This document shows, piece by piece, positions 40,001-48,449 of a stretch of DNA of 64,000 nucleotides. The position numbers were made by a program, and so were the translations under genes. The notes under the pieces were generated by a model. That model was not told where the DNA came from, ran no database searches, and saw nothing but the letters and a program-made list of their open reading frames with translations. Origin of the DNA: an uncultured virus (IMG/VR IMGVR_UViG_3300043803_001397) (lineage: Duplodnaviria > Heunggongvirae > Uroviricota > Caudoviricetes); the IMG/VR virus record IMGVR_UViG_3300043803_001397; one strand, written 5' to 3'. Each line of letters begins with the position of its first letter. Within the stretch, counting starts at the first letter, position 1.

Positions 40001-41828
40001 CATCTATTTCATCTATTTCATCATTATCCCTTTCTGCAGAGTCTAATAATTCATCTTGAGCATCATCACCAAGTGGGTTTACAACAGATCCTGCTTCAGG
40101 ATCTATAATAGATAAATTACTTGTTAAGAAGGTATCAGCATCTAAATCATTATATGGATAGTTTTGATACAATCCTCTAGTACTACTTCCAGGTATATCA
40201 TACTCTCTCAAGTTATTTAAAAGTCCTTTTGCAATAATACTTTTTTGACCTTCTCTACTTCCTCTTAGTATTTCATATCCCACTACAGAAGTTATAGGAT
40301 TTCCAGATAGGTCTACAGGAATCTGTATATTACTAAATGATACACCTAATATTACAATATTACTACCGTCTGAGTTAAATATATTTAAAAGAGGAGAAAC
40401 AGTTTCATCAGGCATTTTATGATGTCTAATATTTTTCCCGCAAAGACTATCCCAAATATCCGGTTTATTATCAGGATATTTTTCAGTGCTTTCCCAATAT
40501 GCCATATTACCTGATGCTATAACTACACCACCATCTGAAAGTGTAGGTCCACCTATATTTTCAAGAGTGGCTGTATTTTGAACTTGCCATCTTTGCTTTT
40601 GTACACCATCTTTAGACTCATAAGCATCACTACTAAGATCTAATACTAGATCAGAAGCTAAAGCCTGTCTACCAGGTATATGATATGAGTCAGAACGTTC
40701 ACCAGTATTATACACCCATCTTATAAAAAATGAATACTGTTCATCTCTTAAATAACCGGTGTTATTTCCTCCCTTGTAGTAATACTGTGCAGGATATTGT
40801 ACAGCATTCCACTGCACTTTAATGTTATTAGCTAAAGGTTGATAATTAAATTTATACTTAGATCTTGTACCCACCTTAAGTAGATAATCATTAACTGTAT
40901 ACATAGAGTCAGATCTTTCAATAGGATCTGTTCTTAATAGCACTTGATTCAAAGGAATAGTAATAAGTTCAGGTCCAATTGTGTCTATGTATATTTTTCC
41001 TTGATTACTAGAATAAATACCTATTTTTTTAGCTACTGTTTGCTGATTAATAATAGAAATGATTACTAATTCAAACTCATCAAAATTTTGGTCTACAGAA
41101 CTCACTTCTATTTCTAAAGATCCATTAAGATTTTCATGAGACCATATAGGCTGCACTTCAGTGGTTCCCATATAATCAGTAACTCGTACACCATTTATAG
41201 TGTAAGCAATAAGTGCTTGATAAGAACCATTTGCTAGTGTACCGCTGCCAACTCCTTTTTTTATATTCAAACAGGGTTGAGCTATAAGTGGAGAAAGTCT
41301 AAGCTTTTCACAATCAAGTTGTAAAGGTTGTAAATATGTTTTTATAGCACATCCATCTTCAATAGTTTCAATATATTTAAAAGGAGGATTGCCTATATCC
41401 ATAAATCTGTCTGGATTTAGTGCATCAACCCAATATACAGGTCTATCACAATCAAATCTTTTACGAGAAGCACCTGTAATTAAATTAGACCTTTTGAATC
41501 CTAAACATGGGTCATTTACCACCTTTGTATAAGTACACTGACTTTCGTCAAATATTCCTATTTCTGAATCAACATCATCAGTAGTAAAAACAACCCATTG
41601 ATCATCAGTAAGATGAATACAACCTATTAGTGTATATGGAAGTGTTACACAGTACAAGTTAGCAGGCTCATTACCTATTACACCAAGCTGACCATCATGT
41701 GAGTTATTTACAGCATTGCGAGCATGTGTATACAACCCTTCTCCTACAAATGTTTCATTGTAGTCTTTCACCATACCTTTGCTAAAAGTATTAGTAATTA
41801 TACCAGGGTTTTGTGATTGCTCAGCCAT
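37020..41828 (-). CDS. tail stabilisation (muzzle-like) protein
   Basis: FSKGMVKD...ARNA...IGNEPAN N-terminus, GYLRDEQYSFFIRW, FNGDTYI, YGSCQN, WISFHDW; crAss-like synteny. Confidence 0.75.
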   Translation of the reverse strand: MAEQSQNPGIITNTFSKGMVKDYNETFVGEGLYTHARNAVNNSHDGQLGVIGNEPANLYCVTLPYTLIGCIHLTDDQWVVFTTDDVDSEIGIFDESQCTYTKVVNDPCLGFKRSNLITGASRKRFDCDRPVYWVDALNPDRFMDIGNPPFKYIETIEDGCAIKTYLQPLQLDCEKLRLSPLIAQPCLNIKKGVGSGTLANGSYQALIAYTINGVRVTDYMGTTEVQPIWSHENLNGSLEIEVSSVDQNFDEFELVIISIINQQTVAKKIGIYSSNQGKIYIDTIGPELITIPLNQVLLRTDPIERSDSMYTVNDYLLKVGTRSKYKFNYQPLANNIKVQWNAVQYPAQYYYKGGNNTGYLRDEQYSFFIRWVYNTGERSDSYHIPGRQALASDLVLDLSSDAYESKDGVQKQRWQVQNTATLENIGGPTLSDGGVVIASGNMAYWESTEKYPDNKPDIWDSLCGKNIRHHKMPDETVSPLLNIFNSDGSNIVILGVSFSNIQIPVDLSGNPITSVVGYEILRGSREGQKSIIAKGLLNNLREYDIPGSSTRGLYQNYPYNDLDADTFLTSNLSIIDPEAGSVVNPLGDDAQDELLDSAERDNDEIDEIDEFDEEDDDDDDSKRAERRRRRQERKLRRRQRREAKAKLRAARKDLRRSGDSNGVNLAYPLTLYKKDHLSFHSPDTTFTRPFLGVSELKVYQEIYGKSRGLFSEPYKHPKFKTLTNFSGIFSSVIAVISSIGNVLSAIANNGNITLGKTDKLNYEKQLTLAKMTNHPVSFSLFGSGASVPNPVIAITNSIIGTYNLTVSVAMSYVEATAVGEQMLNVIYGMVPKRQNALQYDSHGHYNKSIITNEGDRRFRIDDSSYVDSNIQSFNSNYNINNVFRSGYVAIQIERDKNNPISIDNSRFRLSAVPGKKINKEVESTISGHYGAIKVVFSSQYGQLDQIKQVPVSACVHSIISDAKSQSTSVLFNGDTYINRFTEKNSFFFFNSWLMGEPDETEHDYRNYINIAYPRFWINSERPSYKLFGNMSNNRHLDERDSSTFFVSKGYFYLFNSGVRDFFVESEVNLAFRDWEELVEKRHYDPYNYSDYKSLFRSDIIKSRNFYKYDYSLSVSKIFNQYVSYGNLLPRYYDPKKFSTCFTYYPTRVAYSLPQQLEGVKDNWRVFLANNYKDFGSPITSIKNINKTGALFMMSRQSPLQFLGVDQLQTDAGTKITVGDGGLFNQPLQSITNSDESYEYGSCQNKLATLGCTHGVFWVSQNQGKIFQYAGQIKEISRDGLKWWFAKYLPSELLRIYPDYPFADNPVIAVGVQMIYDNTNEIIYVSKKDYKPLKTNLLFDSKGFYEVSASNGKVYIPLTNTAYFEDASWTMSYDPKSQTWISFHDWIPSFLIPGKAHFMSVNQNSIWKHNIRCDKYSNYYGVDYPFEIEFVSASGQQVVSMRNIEYILEAYKMHNDCRDKFHVLDANFDQAIVYNSEQVSGLLELELKNKANPVAMLSYPQIRPQSIGINYSKEEQKYRFNQFWDITKDRGEFTTSTNIPMFITESNGYKFKINPAYVNYQKSPLERKKFRHNLNKVFLRKFKSDDVKMLFKISNQKIQLSQR

Positions 41829-42180
41829 GTTTTACTACTAGCTTCTTTTTTTCTAAAAATTTATATATCTCTCCAGTGAGATGACCATCTAACCAAGCTC
41901 GTGCTTCTTCATCTACTATGTCTCTATCTTCAGTAACTCTTACAGCAGCATGAAACACCTCATGAGCTATTGTATTATGGGTTAAATAAGACTTATTAAG
42001 AAGCAGATAATATCTAGATGCGTTTGGCATAATAACAGCACCCTCAGCTTCATCTTCAAAAACATCATTTATCTTATATTTTTTATACAGTTTTGCAGCT
42101 TCAGCAGATACACTGTCTACAACACTAACTACAATTTCACAACCGTAAGTATCCAATTTAATAGTGGTAGTTATTTTCAT
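41821..42180 (-). CDS. small zincin-like metallopeptidase
   Basis: IAHEVFHA (HExxH) plus downstream EEARAW. Confidence 0.6.
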   Translation of the reverse strand: MKITTTIKLDTYGCEIVVSVVDSVSAEAAKLYKKYKINDVFEDEAEGAVIMPNASRYYLLLNKSYLTHNTIAHEVFHAAVRVTEDRDIVDEEARAWLDGHLTGEIYKFLEKKKLVVKHG

Positions 42181-42182
42181 AT

Positions 42183-43049
42183 TCAGAATCCCTCAGTACT
42201 TTTAAACATATTATAATATCTAGAATACTGTGCTTTTCTATTAGCTTGCCATAGTTTATACATTTCTCCAAAGTCAGGAGTGTTCACTATAGTCAAAGCA
42301 TTATTACGAGCAGCTCTTAACCGTTGTTCTATTAGTTGCATTTTCTGTGTTACATCTTCTCCATTCATGTATAAGTTTTCAAGAAGACGCTGCTTAAGTG
42401 CATATTCATAATATTCATTAATCATAGGATGATCTAACACTAGCAAGTTACCATCCTCATCTTCTAATGCTCCTTGATAAGATATGAATAAATTACCTTC
42501 TTCTACATTAGTATATAAGAACTTATTTTTAATATACCCTGCGGGATGAGAATCATTTATTGCATCTATTCTACCAGTTGATGTTGCAATACTAATAGGA
42601 GTGAATGTATCATACACTCTTGTTTCATACTTTCTTTTTTCAACCACCTGAACAAATATCTTCTCTCCGGTATTACACTCAACAGTGTATGTTTTTTCAC
42701 AAGCACATTCTGGATCCGGTTCTCCACATTTAGAACAGTATGAACTATTTAGAATAACATTTTCTGTTTCTCTTCCTGCTAATACAGGATTTGTAACACT
42801 ATGTTTTCCACACAAATAAGCATAATTTAAAACATAAAAATCATCAGGGAGTTTTGTTTTACTCTTCGTAATTTCTAAAACTTTTTCTTTAGTTCCATAT
42901 ATTCTAAGACCTAAGTCATAGTTAACTCTTTGAGCCACCTTAATAAGTTGACCGGGTTCAATCATGCCCTCATTATTATAAGTGGCAAAATCAGTTGCCA
43001 CCTCATTAAGAAGTTCATCAAATGTTCTATAAGAAAGTTCTGTTTTCAT
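42183..43049 (-). CDS. tail ring/tubular protein
   Basis: KLPDDFY, ISYQG...DEDG and a CxxC...CxC insert; crAss-like position before the stabilisation protein. Confidence 0.6.
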   Translation of the reverse strand: MKTELSYRTFDELLNEVATDFATYNNEGMIEPGQLIKVAQRVNYDLGLRIYGTKEKVLEITKSKTKLPDDFYVLNYAYLCGKHSVTNPVLAGRETENVILNSSYCSKCGEPDPECACEKTYTVECNTGEKIFVQVVEKRKYETRVYDTFTPISIATSTGRIDAINDSHPAGYIKNKFLYTNVEEGNLFISYQGALEDEDGNLLVLDHPMINEYYEYALKQRLLENLYMNGEDVTQKMQLIEQRLRAARNNALTIVNTPDFGEMYKLWQANRKAQYSRYYNMFKSTEGF

Positions 43050-43720
43050 CTACTAATATTTTGCTTATCTGCAGTTACATCTGATGGTAATTGAAGCATT
43101 CCTACAAGATCTTTAAATACATTATTTTCTATTTCACCAGATAAATAATCAGGAACATTAAAAGGTTGATCTGCTTTCTGAATACAAGAGTCTTGAGCAC
43201 AAGTAAAATTAGATATATCATCTTCAAATATTCCCTCTATACGAACAGCATCCCATTCAAGATTGGGAAAGTATAGATAATCATTTAAATACCAATAGTA
43301 TTTTGTTTTATTATACTTGAAGTTTTTACTTTTACTTATTGCTAAATATGTACTAGGATTGGTAATTTGAAGTTCTTCAGAACCATCTAAAGAAGTGACA
43401 CTACGAATAAGTGGTCCGTAATATCCCTGCATAAACACAGGCATTACAAGTTTGCTTCTTTTAATAACACAATCAGAAGATACACCCGTACACCTAGCTT
43501 CAACCTTATCTACTTCTACAAGTTCAACAAAGTCCATTGTTTGAACAATACCAGAAAAACCAAGAAGTTTGTTTTTACTATCTTCCCTTTTCATAAGCCA
43601 CTTGCTATGCTTAAGTATAAAAGCATAGATAGCTCTGTCAGTCAAGAATGCATCTTGCCTAACAGCCTTGACCTGTGTGCGTATTCTTGATATAACACTT
43701 CCTATTGTTGTCCTTCCCAT
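43046..43720 (-). CDS. tail ring/adaptor structural protein
   Basis: KYYWYLNDYLYFPN, IEGIFED; synteny with crAss-like ring genes. Confidence 0.55.
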   Translation of the reverse strand: MGRTTIGSVISRIRTQVKAVRQDAFLTDRAIYAFILKHSKWLMKREDSKNKLLGFSGIVQTMDFVELVEVDKVEARCTGVSSDCVIKRSKLVMPVFMQGYYGPLIRSVTSLDGSEELQITNPSTYLAISKSKNFKYNKTKYYWYLNDYLYFPNLEWDAVRIEGIFEDDISNFTCAQDSCIQKADQPFNVPDYLSGEIENNVFKDLVGMLQLPSDVTADKQNISR

Positions 43721-44307
43721 GGATTTTCTAAATTAAACTCATTGTATTTCTGTAAAAACTCTTTAGTTAAATCTTCTTTGTAATGTCTAAACTTATGTTT
43801 TCTAAATATTCTGCTTATACGAACTAAATTATCCACCATTAAATACTTCTTCCATTCCTGGGGATAGGTTTTAGCCACTGTTCTTTTGAAATCTCTCACT
43901 CCGGTAAAACCCCACATCTCATGATGTTTAAACCGGTATTTAGTTTCATAATTAGTGTAGAATATTTTAGCAACGTACTGATCTGATTCCCAGTTTTGAT
44001 TCTGAAGTTTCACTCCATAATTCTGAGATTTATAAAAATCTACATTACTCTTTTTACGTGGACAGGTACCTATAAAAATAAAACCGAGCTGCTCAGGCAA
44101 CTCTACACCATCTCTTTCTGCTATTACTGTCTCCCAAATCTTTCCATTAAAAGAGCTAATAATATTCTTAAATACGTCTAATTCAATACCAGAATACTTA
44201 GGGTTATCTTTTATAAACTGGTCATAGAAAGCAGTATTAGTAAAATTCAACTTCTTTGGTCTATACCTAGGAGCATTAAGATCTGGTTTTTTATATGGTT
44301 TGGTCAC
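43702..44307 (-). CDS. HU/IHF-like protein (crAss-like IHF subunit)
   Basis: Helices followed by DGVELPEQLGFIFI, as in the HU fold; conserved position before ring genes; GTG start. Confidence 0.5.
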   Translation of the reverse strand: MTKPYKKPDLNAPRYRPKKLNFTNTAFYDQFIKDNPKYSGIELDVFKNIISSFNGKIWETVIAERDGVELPEQLGFIFIGTCPRKKSNVDFYKSQNYGVKLQNQNWESDQYVAKIFYTNYETKYRFKHHEMWGFTGVRDFKRTVAKTYPQEWKKYLMVDNLVRISRIFRKHKFRHYKEDLTKEFLQKYNEFNLENPWEGQQ

Positions 44308-44312
44308 AACGT

Positions 44313-44360
44313 TCTACATTAATAATTTACGTAAAAATCTCTACAGTTTAAAATTAAACC
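44313..44360 (-). promoter_or_regulatory. second copy of the putative promoter/operator element
   Basis: Minus strand GGTTTAATTTTAAACTGTAGAGATTTTTACGTAAATTATTAATGTAGA aligns without gaps to the 30400-30447 copy. Confidence 0.6.
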
Positions 44361-44368
44361 TAATAGGT

Positions 44369-45685
44369 TTAAGCAGTATATATAAACTCAGATACTTTGC
44401 CCTTAGAAAAATCATGAACTTCCATAATAGCTTGGCGTTTGGCACAAGTGAATTTATTATGATAGTGCCAGTAGTCAGACTTAGAAAGACTAGGAAGTTG
44501 TTTTATAGCAAATCCGTGCACTTCATTTTCAGAGACATATTCCATTGTCTTTTTACGATGCCAGTGACCAGTGTAACAAGTGCGGAAGGTAGTAGAGCCC
44601 CATTCTTTAGGAAACTCTGTAGCATATACTAATGGAGTGTTCTTAGAACTAATGTCTCCATGCTCAAAAGCAAAAAAGTTATCACCGTAAGTAATAACCT
44701 TTCTTTCTTCATATTCTGCATCAAATATAATATTAGAATCTGTACTAAAACATTTAGATAGGGCATGAGCCATATGATAGCTGCTAAGTCTATCATGATT
44801 ACCAGGAAGATAAACTACATGAAGATTATTACAAAACTGCTTAATAAAGCTAATGCTCCAATACAGAGAATCAAAAGCAACATTATAAGCTTCCTGGGCT
44901 CTTAAATCATTATCAACCGGTGTACCTTTTGTAGTGGAACCATTAAAGGTATCCATATTTAAAAGATCACCTCCAAATACATAGACTATTTTATCAAGTC
45001 TATGACTTTTATAAGCTCTTAAGACTAAATTACTTACAGCTTCTCGGAAGTCTTTAACTACACCAATGTTACCTTCTTTACCAAAGTGGAGGTCTTGAAT
45101 ACTCAAAACCCCCACTGTAGGTAAAACGAATGTGTCGTTTAAATGCACCTCTGCAACAGGTGTATAATTTGGTTGGAAGTTTTCAATAACTTCCTTCAGA
45201 TAATCTTTTTCATCTAAAGTCTTTTGAGTGACCATGGCTGAAATAAGCCAGTGATCTTTTTTTTGCTTATTCCAATAGGAACTAAGCTTCCATTTATTAG
45301 TGTCTATCCGTAAAATTCTAATTATTTCTTCAGGACTTTTAGGTTCTGAAAATGCAACTCCTTTAATTTCAGCAGTGCACGCATCAAGATTTTCTTTAAA
45401 CTCAATAACTTTTTCTTTTTGACTAGCCAATGCTTCTGCTAAACTATCTTCTAAATCAGAAATATACTCATTCTTAATTCCTTCATCATCAATGAGTTCT
45501 AGCATTCTTTTACTAGCAAGTTCTACAAGACTAGCATCTAGTTCTTTTTGTAGAAGATCTTTTGTTTGTAAAATTTGCTTTTTGATTTCTTGGTACTTTT
45601 GTAAAGAAATACCTAACTTTGTGGCACAGAACTCATCAGTTTTTTTCCATCTGAGAGACCCATACACCTGATTGATTAAAGACAT
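44369..45685 (-). CDS. calcineurin-like metallophosphoesterase with an N-terminal HTH-like region
   Basis: DLHFG, GGDLLN, GNHD, HGD, GHWH. Confidence 0.85.
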   Translation of the reverse strand: MSLINQVYGSLRWKKTDEFCATKLGISLQKYQEIKKQILQTKDLLQKELDASLVELASKRMLELIDDEGIKNEYISDLEDSLAEALASQKEKVIEFKENLDACTAEIKGVAFSEPKSPEEIIRILRIDTNKWKLSSYWNKQKKDHWLISAMVTQKTLDEKDYLKEVIENFQPNYTPVAEVHLNDTFVLPTVGVLSIQDLHFGKEGNIGVVKDFREAVSNLVLRAYKSHRLDKIVYVFGGDLLNMDTFNGSTTKGTPVDNDLRAQEAYNVAFDSLYWSISFIKQFCNNLHVVYLPGNHDRLSSYHMAHALSKCFSTDSNIIFDAEYEERKVITYGDNFFAFEHGDISSKNTPLVYATEFPKEWGSTTFRTCYTGHWHRKKTMEYVSENEVHGFAIKQLPSLSKSDYWHYHNKFTCAKRQAIMEVHDFSKGKVSEFIYTA

Positions 45686-45846
45686 AATATAAGGATTTGG
45701 TATATGGTGTATAAAGTTAGATGATATTAAACATCTTCACTATATTTTATACACACGTTATAAACATTTCTACAAAATTAAGGTCCCGGTGTAGAAACAC
45801 TAGGACCTGTCATGTGGGTAAACCAACAAAACCACGGACTTATATT

Positions 45847-46764
45847 TTAACTCTGTAACACAGCTATTTGTACAGATTGACTAGTGTTTACCACTACATT
45901 AGTAAAGGTGAGTGTTGAACTTGATGCTTGTGCCGTTTGTGTTTGAGCAACACCATTGCTACCAGTTAAGCGTATCACTCTTGGACTAGATAAAGCAGGA
46001 TTGCTGTATGAAACAGTTATGTTAAATGTACCTATTTGATTGGTTCTAAAATAGCCCAGTCCTGAGAATGATATTGGAAGATTAACACCGCTTTCATAAG
46101 TTACAGCTACACCATTAACACTTACAGCAGATATTGTTACTCCTGAAAATGCAGCGTTACTAACAACTACAGATGGATTAGTAGATATACAACTACCAAC
46201 AGTCATAGAACCCACTCCTGTTCCATTTGTACAATTTACAGTATCAATTTGAAGTTTATATGTAACAGCACTTCCTGATGTATTTGTTAGTGTGTAAAAA
46301 CTAGGACTAGTAACACCAGCACCAGCACCTGTTTGAGTGTAAGTAAAAGCTTGAATTACGCTATTACTATTATTTAATAAAGCACCTGTAATTGTTCTAG
46401 TTCCTGTTCCAGAATAATAAAATCCATATAAATTAACAGTAGTGGAAAATCCAGTGGCTAATGTAAATGTAGATGTTTGACCAGAAGAACAATTTGCAGT
46501 GGCAAGAGTAGTTCCGGAAGTGCAAGGATCTGCTATAAAACTTGAAAAAGTTGTCAAAGATGAATAAAGACCTGCACCACAATCTGCTTCTATTGTACCT
46601 TGATATGCACTACCACTCAATCCTGTAATATTTACAGGAGAAGAAGAAGGATTGGGAGAAACAGTAAATATATTTGATGGATCTGAAGCAAGCCAATATA
46701 TCACTCTATAACCATTTGCAGGCGGTGATACAGGAGGAGTAAATGATACAGTTAATGTAGCCAT
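45847..46764 (-). CDS. FN3/Ig-like structural protein
   Basis: LTVSFTPP...NGYRVIY...ITGL...YQGTIEADCG followed by beta-rich Ser/Thr domains. Confidence 0.65.
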   Translation of the reverse strand: MATLTVSFTPPVSPPANGYRVIYWLASDPSNIFTVSPNPSSSPVNITGLSGSAYQGTIEADCGAGLYSSLTTFSSFIADPCTSGTTLATANCSSGQTSTFTLATGFSTTVNLYGFYYSGTGTRTITGALLNNSNSVIQAFTYTQTGAGAGVTSPSFYTLTNTSGSAVTYKLQIDTVNCTNGTGVGSMTVGSCISTNPSVVVSNAAFSGVTISAVSVNGVAVTYESGVNLPISFSGLGYFRTNQIGTFNITVSYSNPALSSPRVIRLTGSNGVAQTQTAQASSSTLTFTNVVVNTSQSVQIAVLQS

Positions 46765-46774
46765 AGCTATTTAG

Positions 46775-47203
46775 TTATGAAAGACAACTTGTATTTAAAT
46801 CAGTGAATGTTCCACCAAGCAATGTACCATCTTTTATACAGATACTTTGTGGTGTACTTGCATTATTTATAATCTGTAACTGTTCAGATCCACCACAAGC
46901 AACATAATAGTAAACAGCAGTTTGTAAAAGAGTAACTTGTCTACAATTATCAGAACTAGAAGAAACAGCAAAGTTAATAGGAGAACCAAAATTTCCTCCA
47001 CCACAATCAGCTTGTATAGTACCTTCAATATTAAAACAAGTGGGTACACCAGCTATAATAATAGGATTCTGATTTTGAGTGACAGTATTCCAATTTACTT
47101 CTCCTACAACTCTCCATTTAACTAAGTATCCATTCACAGGAGCTATAGTAGGTGCTGTAAAACTAACTTGCAATGTTTTATATGTGTTACAAGGAAGAGA
47201 CAT
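46775..47203 (-). CDS. FN3-like Cys-rich structural protein
   Basis: N-terminal domain paralogous to 45847-46764 (LQVSFTAP...NGYLVKW...IEGTIQADCG). Confidence 0.65.
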   Translation of the reverse strand: MSLPCNTYKTLQVSFTAPTIAPVNGYLVKWRVVGEVNWNTVTQNQNPIIIAGVPTCFNIEGTIQADCGGGNFGSPINFAVSSSSDNCRQVTLLQTAVYYYVACGGSEQLQIINNASTPQSICIKDGTLLGGTFTDLNTSCLS

Positions 47204-47220
47204 AGTAAATTTAGTTTATT

Positions 47221-47874
47221 TTATACAACAGTTCCTGTTCCAACAGTAACAACAGAACCCGTAAATGCTTTAAATGACTGAGGAATGTTTTTAGCAACAG
47301 CAATATTAAAAATTTCATGATTACTTCCTGTTGCTCTAACTACAGTGGCTCCTCCTGAAAGAGCAGTGGTTGGAGCATTAGCAACTGTAAATGTAGTGTT
47401 GCCAGGAATACTTATAACAATAGCACCGTTACCAGCAAAAGCTCCTACACCTGCAATAACTTCTAATGTCATTCCTATTGCAAGATTGGTTGTAGAACCC
47501 ACTGTTATTGTTGTACCAGAACTTGTAGCACCGGCTGTAGATACATAGACAGGACCCAATCCTAAATAACTAACATTAAAAGCAGGATTACCAACAGCAG
47601 TTGTAGTGTTAGTTGCAGTGTAAGTAGTTAAAGGAATAGTTGGTGTTATTACACCATTCAGCACTTTATGAAGTTTTGTTAGTATAGTGATAAGTCTATC
47701 ATTATTACTTACACCAAGTGCAGGAAGATTAGGTCCTTTATATAAAACACAAGGTGCTTCACTTATTTCTTCACAAGGTTCTCCACCAGGACAATCCGGA
47801 AGAACATAACTTACAGATGATCCGTAACTAGAGCAACAAGGTTCACAAGGTGTATGTGTGCATCCGCAAGACAT
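47221..47874 (-). CDS. Cys-rich structural/fibre protein
   Basis: 8 Cys in the first ~45 aa; CVLYKGPNLP motif shared with the 409-aa protein. Confidence 0.65.
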   Translation of the reverse strand: MSCGCTHTPCEPCCSSYGSSVSYVLPDCPGGEPCEEISEAPCVLYKGPNLPALGVSNNDRLITILTKLHKVLNGVITPTIPLTTYTATNTTTAVGNPAFNVSYLGLGPVYVSTAGATSSGTTITVGSTTNLAIGMTLEVIAGVGAFAGNGAIVISIPGNTTFTVANAPTTALSGGATVVRATGSNHEIFNIAVAKNIPQSFKAFTGSVVTVGTGTVV

Positions 47875-47899
47875 AGTGTATATTATTTAATGTTTTTAA

Positions 47900-48448
47900 T
47901 TATGATAGGGTAGCTGTAACACCAGTGGGAGGATTACATGTAGGATTTGCAGTGGTGGTAGCACTTACAAAAGAACAGTTTGTCTTACTAAAAGTTCCTG
48001 CAGTTATTTCTATACGTATTTTATAATTTGTACTTGCTGTAAGTCCTGTAAAAGAACCCGTTCTTGTTGTTGTTCCAGAGGGTGTTTGAGAAGATATTAA
48101 TGTAGTTCCTGTAGTATCAAATATTTTAGCCGTATAAGCAGTTATGGAAGAGGTCGTATCATGAGAAAATGAGTAACCAATAGTAGTACTTGATGGATTG
48201 GTATTGACAGTTGGACAAAGTATATTAATTTGTTGTGTAGCGGCAGATGTTGATATACCTCCTGCACAGTTTGTAACCACTCTAAAATCATATATTCTAT
48301 TATCTAACAAACCATTTATAGTTGCTGTAGCAACACCAGCAGCTACATTAGAATGTGTAGTCCAAATAGTTGGCTCAGTAGATAACTTATACTGAACATC
48401 TTGATTTGATGCACTAGCTCCAGGTGTCCATGTTAATGTAATATTCAT
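47900..48448 (-). CDS. tandem fibronectin type III domain protein
   Basis: ITLTW...VQYK...INGLLDNRIYDFRV and FTGLTASTNYKIRI. Confidence 0.75.
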   Translation of the reverse strand: MNITLTWTPGASASNQDVQYKLSTEPTIWTTHSNVAAGVATATINGLLDNRIYDFRVVTNCAGGISTSAATQQINILCPTVNTNPSSTTIGYSFSHDTTSSITAYTAKIFDTTGTTLISSQTPSGTTTRTGSFTGLTASTNYKIRIEITAGTFSKTNCSFVSATTTANPTCNPPTGVTATLS

Positions 48449-48449
48449 A

